64,000 nucleotides of DNA from Octopus vulgaris. Taxonomy: Eukaryota. Below the pieces are notes generated by a model. It searched no databases. It saw only the letters and a program-made list of their open reading frames with translations, and was not told the DNA's origin. Both the position numbers and the translations under genes were made by a program. The stretch is taken from positions 1,860,001 to 1,924,000 of the forward strand of contig OX597837.1 of assembly GCA_951406725.2 (NCBI GenBank), written 5' to 3'. This document shows positions 28,407-42,012 of the stretch, one piece after another. Each line of letters begins with the position of its first letter. Position 1 is the stretch's first letter.

Positions 28407-28497
28407 ATTCCTGACGAAGAATCTAATTTTTATTTCAAGAAGTGTTTTTCGTTTTTTGTCTTTGCAATTAATTAGACTCTGAAACAATTTGTAGAAT
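28407..28497 (+). ncRNA. Type I hammerhead ribozyme within a microsatellite-flanked element (~28205-28580)
   Basis: attc-CTGACGA-agaatctaatt...aattagactct-GAAA-caatttg-TA-gaat. Stem I has 4 bp, stem II 10 of 11 bp, and stem III is near-palindromic. GUA cleavage predicted after 28493. Confidence 0.8.
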
Positions 28498-28869
28498 ATA
28501 TACTGGAACTGTACCAACCTGGTTTATGAATTAAAGATCGCCTACAACTACATTTTTTTCCTTTCCTTGTACTTCATTTATATATATCTATATATATATA
28601 TACACATGTCCCAGGGATTTTACTGTAAATCTGAGCACGGCCCTTGCATCATAAGTTCATATTGTGTCTTAGGTTTAACCCTGTATTTACGCTGTGCCAC
28701 CGAGTCTGGCCGATAGATCTTTTAGTAAGTGCTATTTTTGCTGTTGATTGTCAAAAGCCGATCCACCAAAGAGAAGCAGCATCGATCACTATCGAATGTG
28801 TTATGTACGATGTTATGTACGGCAAGGCAATTTTTTTTTCGCTTTGTTATTCTCTTTCATCTGTTGTTA

Positions 28870-29319
28870 ATGCAGTAAGCTAGCAGAATCGTTAGCACAG
28901 CCTTTACATTTTGAGTTCAAATTCCACAACGGTCGATAAAATAAATACCATGTATTCAACTTGTTAGCGGTATTTCGCCTGCCGCTACGTTCTGAATTCA
29001 AATTCCGCCGAGGTCGACTTTGCCTTTCATCCTTTCGGGGTCGATTAAATAAGTACCGATTACGCACTGGGGTCGATGTAATCGACTTAATCCGTTTGTC
29101 TGTCCTTGTTTGTCCTCTCTGTATTTAGCCCCTTGTGGGTAGTAAAGAAATAGGTATTTCGCCTGCCGCAACGTACTGACTTCAAATTCCGCCGAGGTCA
29201 ACTTTGCCTTTCTTCCTTTTGGGGGTCGATAAAATTTAGTACCAGTTACGCACTGGGGTCGATTTTAACGACATTATTCCTTCACCGAAATTTGAGGCCT
29301 CGTGCTTCCAGTAGAAAGG

Positions 29320-29370
<51 letters not shown>
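28870..29370 (+). mobile_element. Nested SINE family B copies ending in (ATT)n
   Basis: Three partial copies of the family B head/core; the last ends aaaggattattatt. Confidence 0.8.
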
Positions 29371-29373
<3 letters not shown>

Positions 29374-29757
29374 TTGCTGATATTGCAATCCTGCATTTTT
29401 TTTTGTTGTTGTTACAGTTTTAGTGGCAGCTGCCATTCTGGACCATTTTTTCTTTCTATCTCGCCTTTGTCAACATGTTTATTCATGGAAAACAAACTGG
29501 TCTAGTAAATAAATATAGAAAACAAAATAATGATAATAATAATAATATATTGAAAACGAAAAAACAGAAACAGAGAATAAGATGGTTAACAAACACGACA
29601 TTCCAAAATTCATTCACGTATTCACATATGTCTATGCATTTACACACAAATGTACGTGCATATATTTCTATGTATATGGGCACTCACAGACACACCTCTT
29701 AGGGCATATCTTAGTGCATACGCATATATATATCTACACAAGCACATATATACACAA

Positions 29758-29789
<32 letters not shown>

Positions 29790-29940
29790 GTATATACATA
29801 CACATATATATATATATACACATATATACACACATACATATATACATATATCCATATATATATACACATACATATATATACATATATATAGATATATACA
29901 CACATGTATATACATATATACACGTATATATACTCTACCC

Positions 29941-30010
<70 letters not shown>

Positions 30011-30098
30011 TACTCATATATATATATATACCAACACAGATATGCTTATGTATGTTAAATATGCATGCGCACACACGTAACTATATATTCTGTGCGTG

Positions 30099-30154
<56 letters not shown>

Positions 30155-30365
30155 TATATATACGTATATATACATGCACACGTATATGCATTCATACTTG
30201 CATACACACGCATATATATGCATAGAAATATATACATACATACATACATACACACACGTACACGCTAAAAAGTCGAAAACAATAGAGAGAGAGAGTCGTG
30301 TTGAGCTTAGTACCTGTTTTCGTTTGTCTGTAATCCTTGTGTTTATCCGTGTCTTTCTCTGACAG

Positions 30366-30519
30366 GTATCTATGTCGATGCCGGATTTGGAATGCAGAGA
30401 CTCTACCTGATCAACCCCGCCATCGGTTGCAGTAATGGCATTATATACGTCATCGATGGCTTCCTAAACTACTCACCATTTAATTTGATTGAAATGATTG
30501 ACAAAGAGACTTCAGTCAG
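30366..30519 (+). CDS. Internal exon C of the FAS1-domain protein
   Basis: ctttctctgacag acceptor and AG|gtaatg donor. Phase 1 in (matches exon B), phase 2 out. Translates [51 protein letters not shown]; [13 protein letters not shown] is the FAS1 H2 motif (ATNGVVHVIDxVL). Confidence 0.9.
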
Positions 30520-30574
30520 GTAATGTGATAAGCTTCTTCTTCGTCATCGTGTGTGACTGCAGTACACTTAGTTT

Positions 30575-30682
<108 letters not shown>

Positions 30683-31178
30683 TAGATAGAGAGAGAATGG
30701 GATTGAGATCGCGTGAGATTCTTTGTATAAAGATTCCTTTTCTATTCGCATTCGTAAAACTACACATACATATAGATGCATTAGTTTGATAAATGAACAC
30801 AGATCGATATGTTGTTGCCTGGGTACGTCTGTGTGAGTTTGTAGTGGAATGTATATATATATCTATCTATACATTTGTTGATTCAACAGGCGTGATAAAC
30901 TACAGGTTGCATTTCAAATGTAGAGTATTCCTTCATACATCATAACTGAAAGGCTACGATCTCCAGTACTCCGAGTTGCTCGATTCCCATCATCCACTAG
31001 TAAAAGGACTCTGGTTTACTTTCGAATATTCACTGTCAGGATATTTTGGGAACCATGGAATAAAAATTGCAAAGAAACGCTTATGTTGGTGTTCTTTCGT
31101 TTAAAATCCTTTGTGAACACACCTGCAAAAATGGCTGCTTCAAGATCACTCGTTTGATTTCATTTGTTTTTTGTGTGT

Positions 31179-31209
<31 letters not shown>

Positions 31210-32119
31210 CATCATCATCATCATCATCATCATCATTATCATCATCATCATCATCATTATTATTATTATTATTATTATTATCTTGAAATAGATATATAGT
31301 CAGTGGAATAGATAGAGATAATACTGAGAGGGATAGTCAGATATAGATAAATACGTATATAGTCTGATATTTACAGAGATTGTACTCTCAATGGATATGT
31401 ATGTATATAGAGACAGATATATGAACTGACGATAGACATAATCCCTAAACGACAAAAATAGTCTGCTACACAGAATAGCTGAGATATCTTACCAAAACCT
31501 TCTCAGTTGAGAAAAGTACGCGCATCCGTACGTGTGTTTGTGTGTGTGTAGAATAGAACTCACCGAAGTATTGATGCTTTTGTGCCCCCGTAACGTAGCG
31601 GTTCGACAAAAAGAGAATGTTAGAATAAGCACCCAGCATAAAACAAGAGTATTGTGGTTGATCCGTTCAACTGAAATTCTTGAAGTCGATGCCTCAACAT
31701 GGGCGCACTCTAATGACTGAAGCGGGTGAAAAATGACACATACGTACATACACGCACATACACACACGCACACATGCTTGCATGCATGCATGCATACACA
31801 TACATACATACATACATACATACATACATACATACATACATACATACGGTTAAGGTGCCCCACTCACGATATAACGATTGTGATTTCAATTCCTAGAGTG
31901 GGAGGAACGTTGCGTTCTTGAGCAAAATATTGAGCAAAACATGCCAGAGTGCTCCTCTTTAGACAACGTTGATTTGATGAGGAGCGTGATCCAAAGTGCG
32001 GCACATTCGTTTAATCACAACAAACAAATCATTTATGCAAGTCATTAGGCCCAAAAAATTGAAAGTAAAAAACGTCTTCGATGGGACAGTCTCTCTCATA
32101 TGCACATTATATATATATA

Positions 32120-32484
32120 AGGCACAGGAGTGACTGTGTGGTAAGTAGCTTGCTTACCAACTATATGGTTCTGGGTTCAGTCCTACTGCACGGAAGCTTG
32201 GCCAAGTGTCTTCTACTACAGACTAGGGCCGACCAAAGCCTTGTAGGTTGATTTGGCAGACGGAAACTGAAAGACGGCCGTCGTATGTATATACATATAT
32301 GTGTGTGTGTTTGACCCCCTCCCACCATCGCTTGACAACCGATGTTGGTATCTTTACGTCCCCCGTAACTTAGCTGTTCGACAAAAGAGACCGATAGAAC
32401 AAGTACTGAGCTTACAAAGATTTGGTGAACTAAAGGCAGTGCTCCAGCATTGCCGCAGTCAAATGACTGAAACAAAGAAAAGAT
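32120..32484 (+). mobile_element. SINE family A
   Basis: Same head and tail as the other family A copies. Confidence 0.85.
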
Positions 32485-32489
32485 TTTAT

Positions 32490-32784
32490 ATACGTAAATG
32501 TGGAACAACGAGAACGAGTGCTCAACATCGTATTGGTGAATAAAGTTTCTTTAATTGTGTGTTAAGGCTACCATTTCATGATAAGAATATATTAATATCT
32601 TAATAATTTTCAAGCCCACCACATGGAGGAATGCTATTCGTCTCTATTTTGGAAGAAATCACCATTATATTTTCATCCAAAATGGAGACGAACACCATTC
32701 CTCCATGTTATCGGCTTGAAGAATTGCTAAGATTTTAAGATATTTCTCTTATCTTGAAACCAATGGTAACCTTAAAACACAAAT

Positions 32785-32787
<3 letters not shown>
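32490..32787. mobile_element. Old inverted-duplicated Penelope-type pLTR element with decayed hammerhead
   Basis: Imperfect inverted arms ~32550-32658 and ~32671-32787. The right arm has ggc-TTGAAGA...GAAA-ccaatgg-TA-acc (32713-32771). The left arm has an extra ~60-bp tail; a direct copy including the tail lies at ~52420-52610. Confidence 0.6.
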
Positions 32788-32822
<35 letters not shown>

Positions 32823-33629
32823 AATCTTTGAAAGCAATAGAAGAGGGAGAGAAGAAAGACTGTGTAAGCGGTGTCTCGTGCAAAGTGGTTCTATTAGTGG
32901 CTGGTTGTAATGGAGGTGGTTATTGGGATAGGGGTCATGCTTGTCGTGATACAAGTTGTGATGGCTATTGTAATGGTAATGATTGTTGTGATGCTGTTTG
33001 TGGTGAAGAGTGCATTGTTATAGCGATGGTGGCAGTTGTGGTTATTATAATAGTAAATAACGCGGTTCAGTTGTCAGTTAGCTACAGCTCAACACTGATT
33101 CTATCCACCATCAGTCGTCCTTAACCGGAGTCTATATGACCCGGGTGGAGAGACGGTCCTTGTAAGATTTTGCTGTTAAAACTTATCTGCAATAAATTAT
33201 AGTTTTACGATACACAAAATATTTTCACATTTTCTTCTTGCAATTCCTAATATTTAATTATAAAAGTAGGACTGATTTTTAATTATAAAAGTAGGACTGA
33301 TTTTTAACATCAAGTAGCTACAGGGAGGCAGTTGAGTAAAATAAACAATATCCAAAGAGGTCTATGTTCAAGAAATTTGTTGAAAATCATTGGCCTAAAT
33401 CTTTCCAATTGGGTTCATCCTATCCTATTTGCATACAGTACGGCTATATTCCATAATAAGTTCAGCACAGGATGTCAATTTTCGAACGAGTTGGCTGGTA
33501 TTTCTAGCTAATTTATCGTCCACATAAAGGCTCCCTCTCGTTGGCCTGACGTGGTCCAGCAGAAAATGCTTGGTGATCTTAAGTTTATTATATTTGTAAC
33601 TGGCTCGGCTGCAGTGTGTGTTTGCGTAT

Positions 33630-33664
<35 letters not shown>

Positions 33665-33824
33665 TGTCTGCGCCTGTGTGTATGAGTGTAAGAACGTTCG
33701 TGGCAATACGTGTATGTATAGATGTATATAGATATGTATGTATGTACGTCTGCATGTGTATGCACGCGTTTCTCTTTCACTCCCCCATACTTGACATGAT
33801 GAAAAGTTTTGTGAATAGCCTATA

Positions 33825-33895
<71 letters not shown>

Positions 33896-34603
33896 TTGTG
33901 TGTAGGTATGTATGTGTGTTTGCACGTAGTCAAAGATTTAAATACGTGCACACACTCACACACATGCGTGCGTGCGTATGTATGTGATAGAACATGTGTG
34001 TAAGCGTGCGCGCATTTTGGGTGTTACATGCTTCTTTCCCTCCTCCCCACACCCTCAAGATATAAACGTTCTCATAATCAGATTAATCGACTTAATATCA
34101 TGTTGCTTGATCTTCAATGCTTATAAATGAGGTAAAAAAGAAAGTATATCCTTCACTTTCCCGTCTCCCTCTCTCTCTAACTCGCCACCTCTCTTTCTCT
34201 CCCTCTCTTCATTCAAGCTTTGTCCTTCAGTTTATCTTTCTAGCTCTCTCTCTTTCTCTAAGAACTTCTCACGCACAACAACTTCAAAGACAGCCACACT
34301 TACATCCGCAGTGTTTTAATTTTAAAACGACACTCCGAGGAAATGGATAAAAAGAGACACTTAAGTAGGAATCGTACAAGATCGTTTATAGGGAGTGTGG
34401 AAAAGAAGAGCGGCGAGATAGAATGTGTGTGTGTGTGTGTGTGTGTGTGTTTGTTCTCTATATATACGTTCCTTTTATCTCTTATGATAAATTCTCTTTG
34501 GATATTAGGAAAAAATAAATTTTAATTTCCATTTATATATCATTGTGTGTGCTTAATTATCATTCTACGTTTGAATACATGTACGATATTAGATGCAAAC
34601 GTC

Positions 34604-34677
<74 letters not shown>

Positions 34678-34976
34678 CATTATTATTATTAATGACGAGC
34701 TAACGGCTTTATGTGTTAGCTAGTTATTAATGCGTAAATTTATTTAACTCCACTTTTCAAAGTACAACGTTATTAAATATTAAGAATCCTCTGTCCTTAC
34801 GTCCAAATATGCAATAGTGCATATCTGCATTCATATATATATATATATATGTGTGTGTATGTATGTAGCTATTATGTGTAGCTATATATCTTATACACAA
34901 ATACAATATATAGACACAGATACACATAACATATTATTAATCGTGTGTGTGTGTATGTGTGTGTGTGTGTGTGTGT

Positions 34977-35217
34977 GGAGGCGCGTGGCTTAGTGGTTAG
35001 GGTGTCAGCATCATGATCGTAAGATTGTGGTTTCAATTCCTGGACCGGGCGAGGCGTTGTGTTCTTAAGCAAAACCCTTCATTTCACGTTGCTCCAGTCC
35101 ACTCAACTGGCAATAATGAGTAACGCTATGATGGACTGGCGTTCCGTCCAGGTAGGGAACACATTGAAACCGGGAAACCGGGCCCATGAGCCTGGCTAGG
35201 CTTTAAAAGGGTGCATT

Positions 35218-35218
<1 letters not shown>
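34977..35218 (+). mobile_element. SINE family C
   Basis: ggaggcgcgtggcttagtggttagggtg...ggtttcaattcctgg head; lies between (TG)n and (TA)n. Confidence 0.85.
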
Positions 35219-35256
<38 letters not shown>

Positions 35257-35329
35257 CAAACATATATTTGTGTGTGTGTGTGTGTGTGTGTATGTGTGTG
35301 TGTGTATGTGCGTGCGTGTGAGCGTGTTA

Positions 35330-36120
35330 TAAAACAAACGAAAATGTACTCAACACATCATATAGAGTAAAATTTTTGTCTGAAACCTTATAACGTTTAT
35401 TTGTGTGTGGGGTTGACATATTTAAGCCAGTTGGAAAGCTTCTTGTTCTGCCATGGGAAACTATTTCTTTAGAAACAATGGTACCGAGACCTATGAGAGA
35501 CCACATACGTCGCTTGTACGGGTGAGTTTTCCCAGCTGAGGAAGCTGAGAGAAGTAAACAATATGTAGCTTTAATAATGAAATCTGCAAACAATTGCAGA
35601 GCTAGGAGTAGATGCTCTTTTAGATGGGGCAGAAATTTATAAAAAGGGGATGGAGAATGGGTAGGCTGTTCATTAAAAATGCATATCAGGCTGACAGCAA
35701 ACACATTTAAGGCCTGGTTCACGCAGAACAACTATTCTTTTAGTTCTAAAAATATATACTTTTGAACGTTAAGTGCTTTCTTTCTCGACACACAGAACAG
35801 ATAGAAGACAGTAGCAGGCGGTGAAAGCCACCGTTATCTACAACAAAAGAGAAGAAACATTTTCCTTGAACATCTCTGTAACTTTTTCTCAGCTACAACT
35901 TTAATCTTTATGCTGTCCAACGTCAATAGATCAAAATATTTTTGAAAGAAAGGAGACAAAAGATTTTCAAATTTACCCGAATATCTTACACAAACTTCAA
36001 TGTTCAGTAATAAGGAGCATACAAAAGATATTTTACCATCGACCCATACCCAAGCCCCAAACAGCAATTGAATTTGCTGCTCTCTTATCAATTATAAGCC
36101 GTAATTAGTCAACGACCCAC
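35330..36120 (-). mobile_element. Possible highly decayed hAT transposase fragment
   Basis: Non-repetitive segment with peptide FADFIIKATYCLLLSASSAG, resembling the hAT dimerisation motif (..LA...L..PASSA..ER). Weak evidence. Confidence 0.25.
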
Positions 36121-36700
36121 GCAGTGCTCTCCCCTTAAATTATTTAGTCTCTGCTGGGTCTTACAATTCCTTATGTTTGTCGCTCATGATCTGTGTTGCC
36201 GAATAAAATGGCGAAGTCTCGAAGCTCTCTTCAAAGAAAATTTTTTAATTACAGAACGCTGAATGACGGCTTGATTGATCATAGCAACATAAAATTTAAA
36301 TTATGGCCTAGGACATCATACATACATATATTAGTGATAAGGTGCTTGTATGAATGCGTGTACGCGTGTGTTTGTGTGTGTATGTGTGTGTGTGTGTGTG
36401 TGAGTGTGTACTGAAGACAATTATTTACATATTTTAGATATGTATAAAAATATATATTACATATATATATATAGATAGATATTGCATACGTATGATATAA
36501 GCTCAAATTATACATATATTTATGCGTATACATTATGCATTATATATATATATTATATATAGACACATATATACATACCGACGCTTGGTTATTCACATTT
36601 TTCACATATGTATAAAAATAATATGCATAAATATTCCATACATATTAATTAGCATAAAATATAATGATTGCATTATATTCATAAAGATTTACATTATATA

Positions 36701-36748
<48 letters not shown>

Positions 36749-38340
36749 CACGCACACACACACACATATGTGTGTGCTTCTCTTTGCCAATGTGCTTGTG
36801 TATATTTCCAAGTGATATCTGTCCATTAAATAATTTACACATCATTACAACTGCCAGCCTTAAGGGAACCAATGAAATAGCATTGGCGGTCTTATTGATG
36901 GGGTTTGATGTTGAAGAGGATGACGAGGAGGAGTGGTAACGTTAAGGATGATGATGATGATGATGATGATGATGGTGGTGGTGTGAGAATGCACGATGAA
37001 AATACTTGTAATGTTGCGGATGATGGGAATAATTCCGCTGGTGACTGAGATGATGATTGTGACAATAATAGTACGAAGACGATGATAAAGATGGTGAGAA
37101 TGTGATGAAGATAAATGTGACAATGGCGGTGATGATGATAGTGTTGGTGATTATGATGATGATGATGGTATTGATAATAATCTTCGTATCGTTAGCAATG
37201 TTGCGCTACATCTTCTGAGCGTTCGTATTGTTATCGTAATGATGTGGCTCTTAGCGTTGTTGTTGTTGTTCTTGTTAGAATGAATGGATATATGTGTGTG
37301 AGTATGGGAATGTTTGAGTGCGTGTGTGAGCGTTCTCAGATATATATATGCGCGTGTGCGTGCGGGCGGGAAGCTATCTATTACTATATCTTGTTTTAAT
37401 CAGCATTAATCGCCACCGCCATTTTTTCTCAATCGTTATCATCATCATCATCACCATCATCGTGGTAGTCGTTTTTATTAACATCATAAACATCTTAATC
37501 TTTATCTTCGTTAAACGATAAAAGATAAGAAAATCCTTCGCCAACAAATGCACACACATTTGCTCAAACACACACACACACTCATACTCACACACACACT
37601 CACACACACACACACACTCATATTGTGTGTGTATGTGTATACACACACACGTGCCAGTTTATGTGTATGTTTATAAATTTATGAGAATACGTATGTGTGT
37701 ATATGTGTATATATGTGTACGCATACACACACACACACATATATACATGTACATATATGTTTATATATTTTTATACATACGAAAATGTTTATATACATTT
37801 ATACTCTATATATTGTAAACACATTTAAATATATATTTATTTACACATCTATACATATATCGACATATATGTGTGTGGGTGTGGAATTTGTGTGTGTGGG
37901 TGGTTATGTTTAGTCTATGTTACCATTAAACTGACGTAGTATTCTATTTTTTTTAATTAGATTACATATTAAGTTATAAGAAAAATATTGATAGCGACTT
38001 GGAAGTTGCGATTTGCTCACCGACAGACTTCTGAATACGGCAAACAAGCCGCGACTTAGAAGTCGCTCACCTTTGCTTTGTAAAAAATTTTGTATATATC
38101 GCAGTTCATCTATCGCGGTTTATTATTTAAGCTTACGTACATTCCTCTGTAATGCTGTTTGGCATTTATAATAAAATAAATATATACAAATTATAAAAAT
38201 GATTTTAAAAGAAAGACAGTAGAGTACTGTTTCTACGTCGCGGATTTTCACCTATCGAGGGTGATTTTGGAATGTAACACCAACGATAGTCGAGGGATTA
38301 TTGTATATCAATTTGAAAGAAAGAAAGAAAGAAAGAAAAA

Positions 38341-38400
<60 letters not shown>

Positions 38401-38761
38401 GAGAAAGAAAGGACAGATGGATGGATGTTTGATTTTACGTTAATCTGGAGGGGGCACTCTATACTTGTGTAGGGTACAAATTTATTATCATTGAACGAGA
38501 AAATTGAAAGTGACTTCGAAGTTTCAGCCATCTATCTAAGACGACGGCTATTATTACTACGTTGTATTGAAGTTTATCTTGGAATAGATTCTAAACAATA
38601 ACATAATCCCAAATTTAATAAAAAACGAAACTTTTCCAGTACATTTCTTTAGCATATCCTAACCTAAAATTTAATTACCACTCCATTCAAACCCACATAT
38701 CCAACGAAGATTTTAACTCACCACAACTTTGAAGTTTCAGTCAATAATATTCTCGTAGAAG

Positions 38762-38792
<31 letters not shown>

Positions 38793-39262
38793 GAGTTAAA
38801 CTACAGGCGTACATGTATATTTTGGCAAAAGTCCAGCAGTTTCGGAGGATGGGCAAGTCGATTACATCGACCCCAGTTCAACTGGAACTTAATTTATCGA
38901 CCCCGGTGTCTATGCTTTAAGTATGATACATAGGTGGCTGTAAAGGGAATTTTTTTTTACGTAACGTCTATTGACCACTCAAATTTTATAAAAATAAAAA
39001 TAAAACAAAAACAACGTTTGAATGCACAGCCAATCATGCGTATCTCTAAGTATGCATATATAAATACACACACACAAATATAAATACACACACATATACA
39101 TACAAACACACACATATCAGGCATACATGTACACATATATTACATATATATATATACACACATATGTGTGTGACTGCATACGTTTGAATACATAGGCACT
39201 CATGCATATCTCTAAGTATGAATAGCCTACATACACACATATACAATATACACACACAAATA

Positions 39263-39304
<42 letters not shown>

Positions 39305-39703
39305 TACATACATGTGTGTATCTGCATGCGTTTGTGAGTAACGGTGTTGTGTCCACACTCTCACACACAGACATGTATGTATATTTGTGATGCGTGTGTA
39401 TGGCATCGTATTCTTCCCAGAAAATTATTAAAACACACCATAAACCATATTCCGTTTACTATCAGAATCATTTTTTCAGCTGTCACACCTCCCTCCTTCC
39501 CTCTATTTCTCATTCACTTCCTCCGTCTTTTCTTCTCCTTCTTCTTCGTCGTCTTCTTCCATTTCGACTTCCTTGCCTTTATCCTCTTCCTCAACTTTTT
39601 CATTATTTCTTGGTGTTTCTTTTCTTCCTTTTCTAACACTTTCTGCTTTGCTCCACATTCTTTTCTTCGCAGCTTCCTTTTTACACACATACACACACAC
39701 ACA

Positions 39704-39772
<69 letters not shown>

Positions 39773-39892
39773 CCGAGGATAATTTCGTTCGCGGGAGTGC
39801 AGTGAATGGAAAAAAATACTTTTTTCTGAATACATAAATACTTACATATATACACATATATGTAAGCACACATAAACGTATGCACACTCACG

Positions 39893-39948
<56 letters not shown>

Positions 39949-39993
39949 TATGTGTCTCTATGCCAATGTGCTTGTGTGTATTTCCTAGTGAAA

Positions 39994-40029
<36 letters not shown>

Positions 40030-40403
40030 AATGTATCCAAATGTATACACGTTTATGGGTATGTGTGTGTATGTGGATGTGCTACGGGTATGAACAGGGT
40101 ATGGTGAGAGCAGGCAGTATATCGTAGAGCGAAACTGAGAAGCAACAATTGCAACAACAACTACAACAACAAAACATGGTGATGTAATTTCAAGATTAAG
40201 ACATAACGTAACCCTATAATGAGAAATATATTTCCTTTATTTTTACACCCCACCCATCCACTTCCCCTTCTTCCTCCTCACCAATGCCGTCTCCTCCATC
40301 GCCTCTAACAACAACAGCCCCCACCAGTCCACCCTTGAACACCGTATGATGCTATATTCTTCATTTTCTTTGAACACCCATCTATGACTCCTCCCCCCTC
40401 CTC

Positions 40404-40434
<31 letters not shown>

Positions 40435-40637
40435 CCTCTCTCTCTCTCTCCCCCTCTCTCTCTCTCTGTTAATCTTTCGTCCACACTAAATCACTCCACT
40501 TAACTACGTTTCGCTTTCTTTGTATTTGTCTCTCTGGGCTGGGTGCTTAAAAAGCTTGTTTCGTAACCATCTGGTTTTCGGTTCAGTCCTGGAACAAGGC
40601 GGAACCTTGAGCATATATACAGTGTGTGTGTATGTGT

Positions 40638-41020
40638 GGAGGCGCAATGGCCCAGTGGTTAGGGCAGCGGACTCGTGGTTATAAGATCGCGGTTTCCATT
40701 CCCAGACTGGGTGTTGTGAGTGTTTATTCAGCGAAAATATCTTAAGCTTCACGAGGCTCCGGCAGGCCGTGGTGGTGGCGAACGCTGCTCTACGCTTTCA
40801 CCACAACTTTCTCTCACTCTTACATCCTGTTTCTGTTGTACCTGAATTTCAAAGGGGCCGGCCTTGTCACACTCTGTGTCGCGCTGAATCTCCCTGAGAA
40901 CTACGTCATGAGTACGCATGTCTGTGGAATGCTCAACCACTTGCACGTTAATTTCACGAGCAGGCTGTTCCGTTGATCGGATCAACTGTAACCCTCGTCG
41001 TCGTAACCGACGGAGTGCCG
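40638..41020 (+). mobile_element. SINE family C (long form)
   Basis: ggaggcgcaatggcccagtggttagggcagcggactcg head; tail ends in (GAC)n; head shared with the 50365-50652 copy. Confidence 0.85.
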
Positions 41021-41274
41021 CGACGACGACGACGACGACGACTATTATTACACATGGAAACCTCTACTGGTGAATGAATTTCGCTGCGTGTTGTTACGCT
41101 TTTCTCATTTGCCTGTTGTTCTAGTTCTTGTTGCTGTTCTTCTTGGGATTATTGTCGTTTGTGCTGCAGATTTTTTTCTTTTTCAGTTTTTGTCTTATCT
41201 TTGTTATTGTTGTTCTTTCTGTTGTCGTTTGCTTTCATTTATATCGTGAGAACGATTCTGCTTTAATAATAATA

Positions 41275-41491
41275 ATAATCCTTTCTACTATAGGCACAAG
41301 GCCTGAAATTATGGGGGAAGGGACTAGTCGCTTACATCAACCCCAGTGTTTCACTGGTACTTAATATATCGACCCTGAAATGATGAAAGGCAAAGGTGAC
41401 GTCGACGTAATTTGAACCCAGAACGTGAAGACGGACGAAATACTTCTAAGCATTTTACTCGGCGTGCTTACGATTCTGCTAGCTCGGCACC

Positions 41492-41529
<38 letters not shown>

Positions 41530-41735
41530 CCTTTCTACTGTAGGCACAAAGCCAGGAATTTGTGGGGAGAGGGATAGACGATCATATCGACCTCAGTACT
41601 TCACTGATACTTAATTTATCGACCTCGAAAGGACGAAAAGCAAAGTCGAACTCGGCGGAATTTGAACTCAGAACGTAGCGGCAGACAAAATACAGCTAGG
41701 CAGCGTGCTCACGGTTCTGCCAGCTTGTCACCTTA
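41275..41735 (-). mobile_element. Two tandem SINE family B copies separated and flanked by (TAA)n
   Basis: Two copies of aatcctttctact.taggcacaa...gctcg/cttg..acctt, with (aat)n before, between and after. Confidence 0.85.
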
Positions 41736-41736
41736 C

Positions 41737-41783
<47 letters not shown>

Positions 41784-41786
41784 AAA

Positions 41787-42012
41787 GCTTTCTAATTGAT
41801 GTATCAATTCCGGCAGATGACAACGTGTCTCTAAAAGAAATGGAGAACTTTCAAAATACAAAGACCTGGAAATAGAGATAACTAGAATGTGGAACCTGAA
41901 AACAGAAACAATTCCTATCATAGTAGGTGCATTAGGCATGATAAAAAAATATTCAGACAAATGCATAACAAAAACACCAGGACTTACAAACACATGTAAC
42001 ATACAGAAAAGA
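41787..42012 (+). mobile_element. Dong/R4-type non-LTR retrotransposon 3' fragment (restriction-like endonuclease) inside (TAA)n
   Basis: FLIDVSIPADDNVSLKE / KYKDLEIEITRMWNLKTETIPIIVGALGMIKK (one frameshift) matches the RLE C-terminus D..IP...K..KY..L...W...PI.VGALG. Both flanks are (TAA)n. Confidence 0.8.

Noticed and set aside
34977-35050. tRNA-like sequences at the heads of SINEs (also 40638, 50580, 22845)
   Set aside because: A/B boxes are present but there is no complete cloverleaf, and each continues into a SINE body; not tRNA genes.
38509-38560. Minus-strand agccgtc/gatggct-GAAA-cttcgaag-TC fold
   Set aside because: Stems II and III fit an HHR but the CUGANGA box is lost (GTAATAA); not annotated as a ribozyme.
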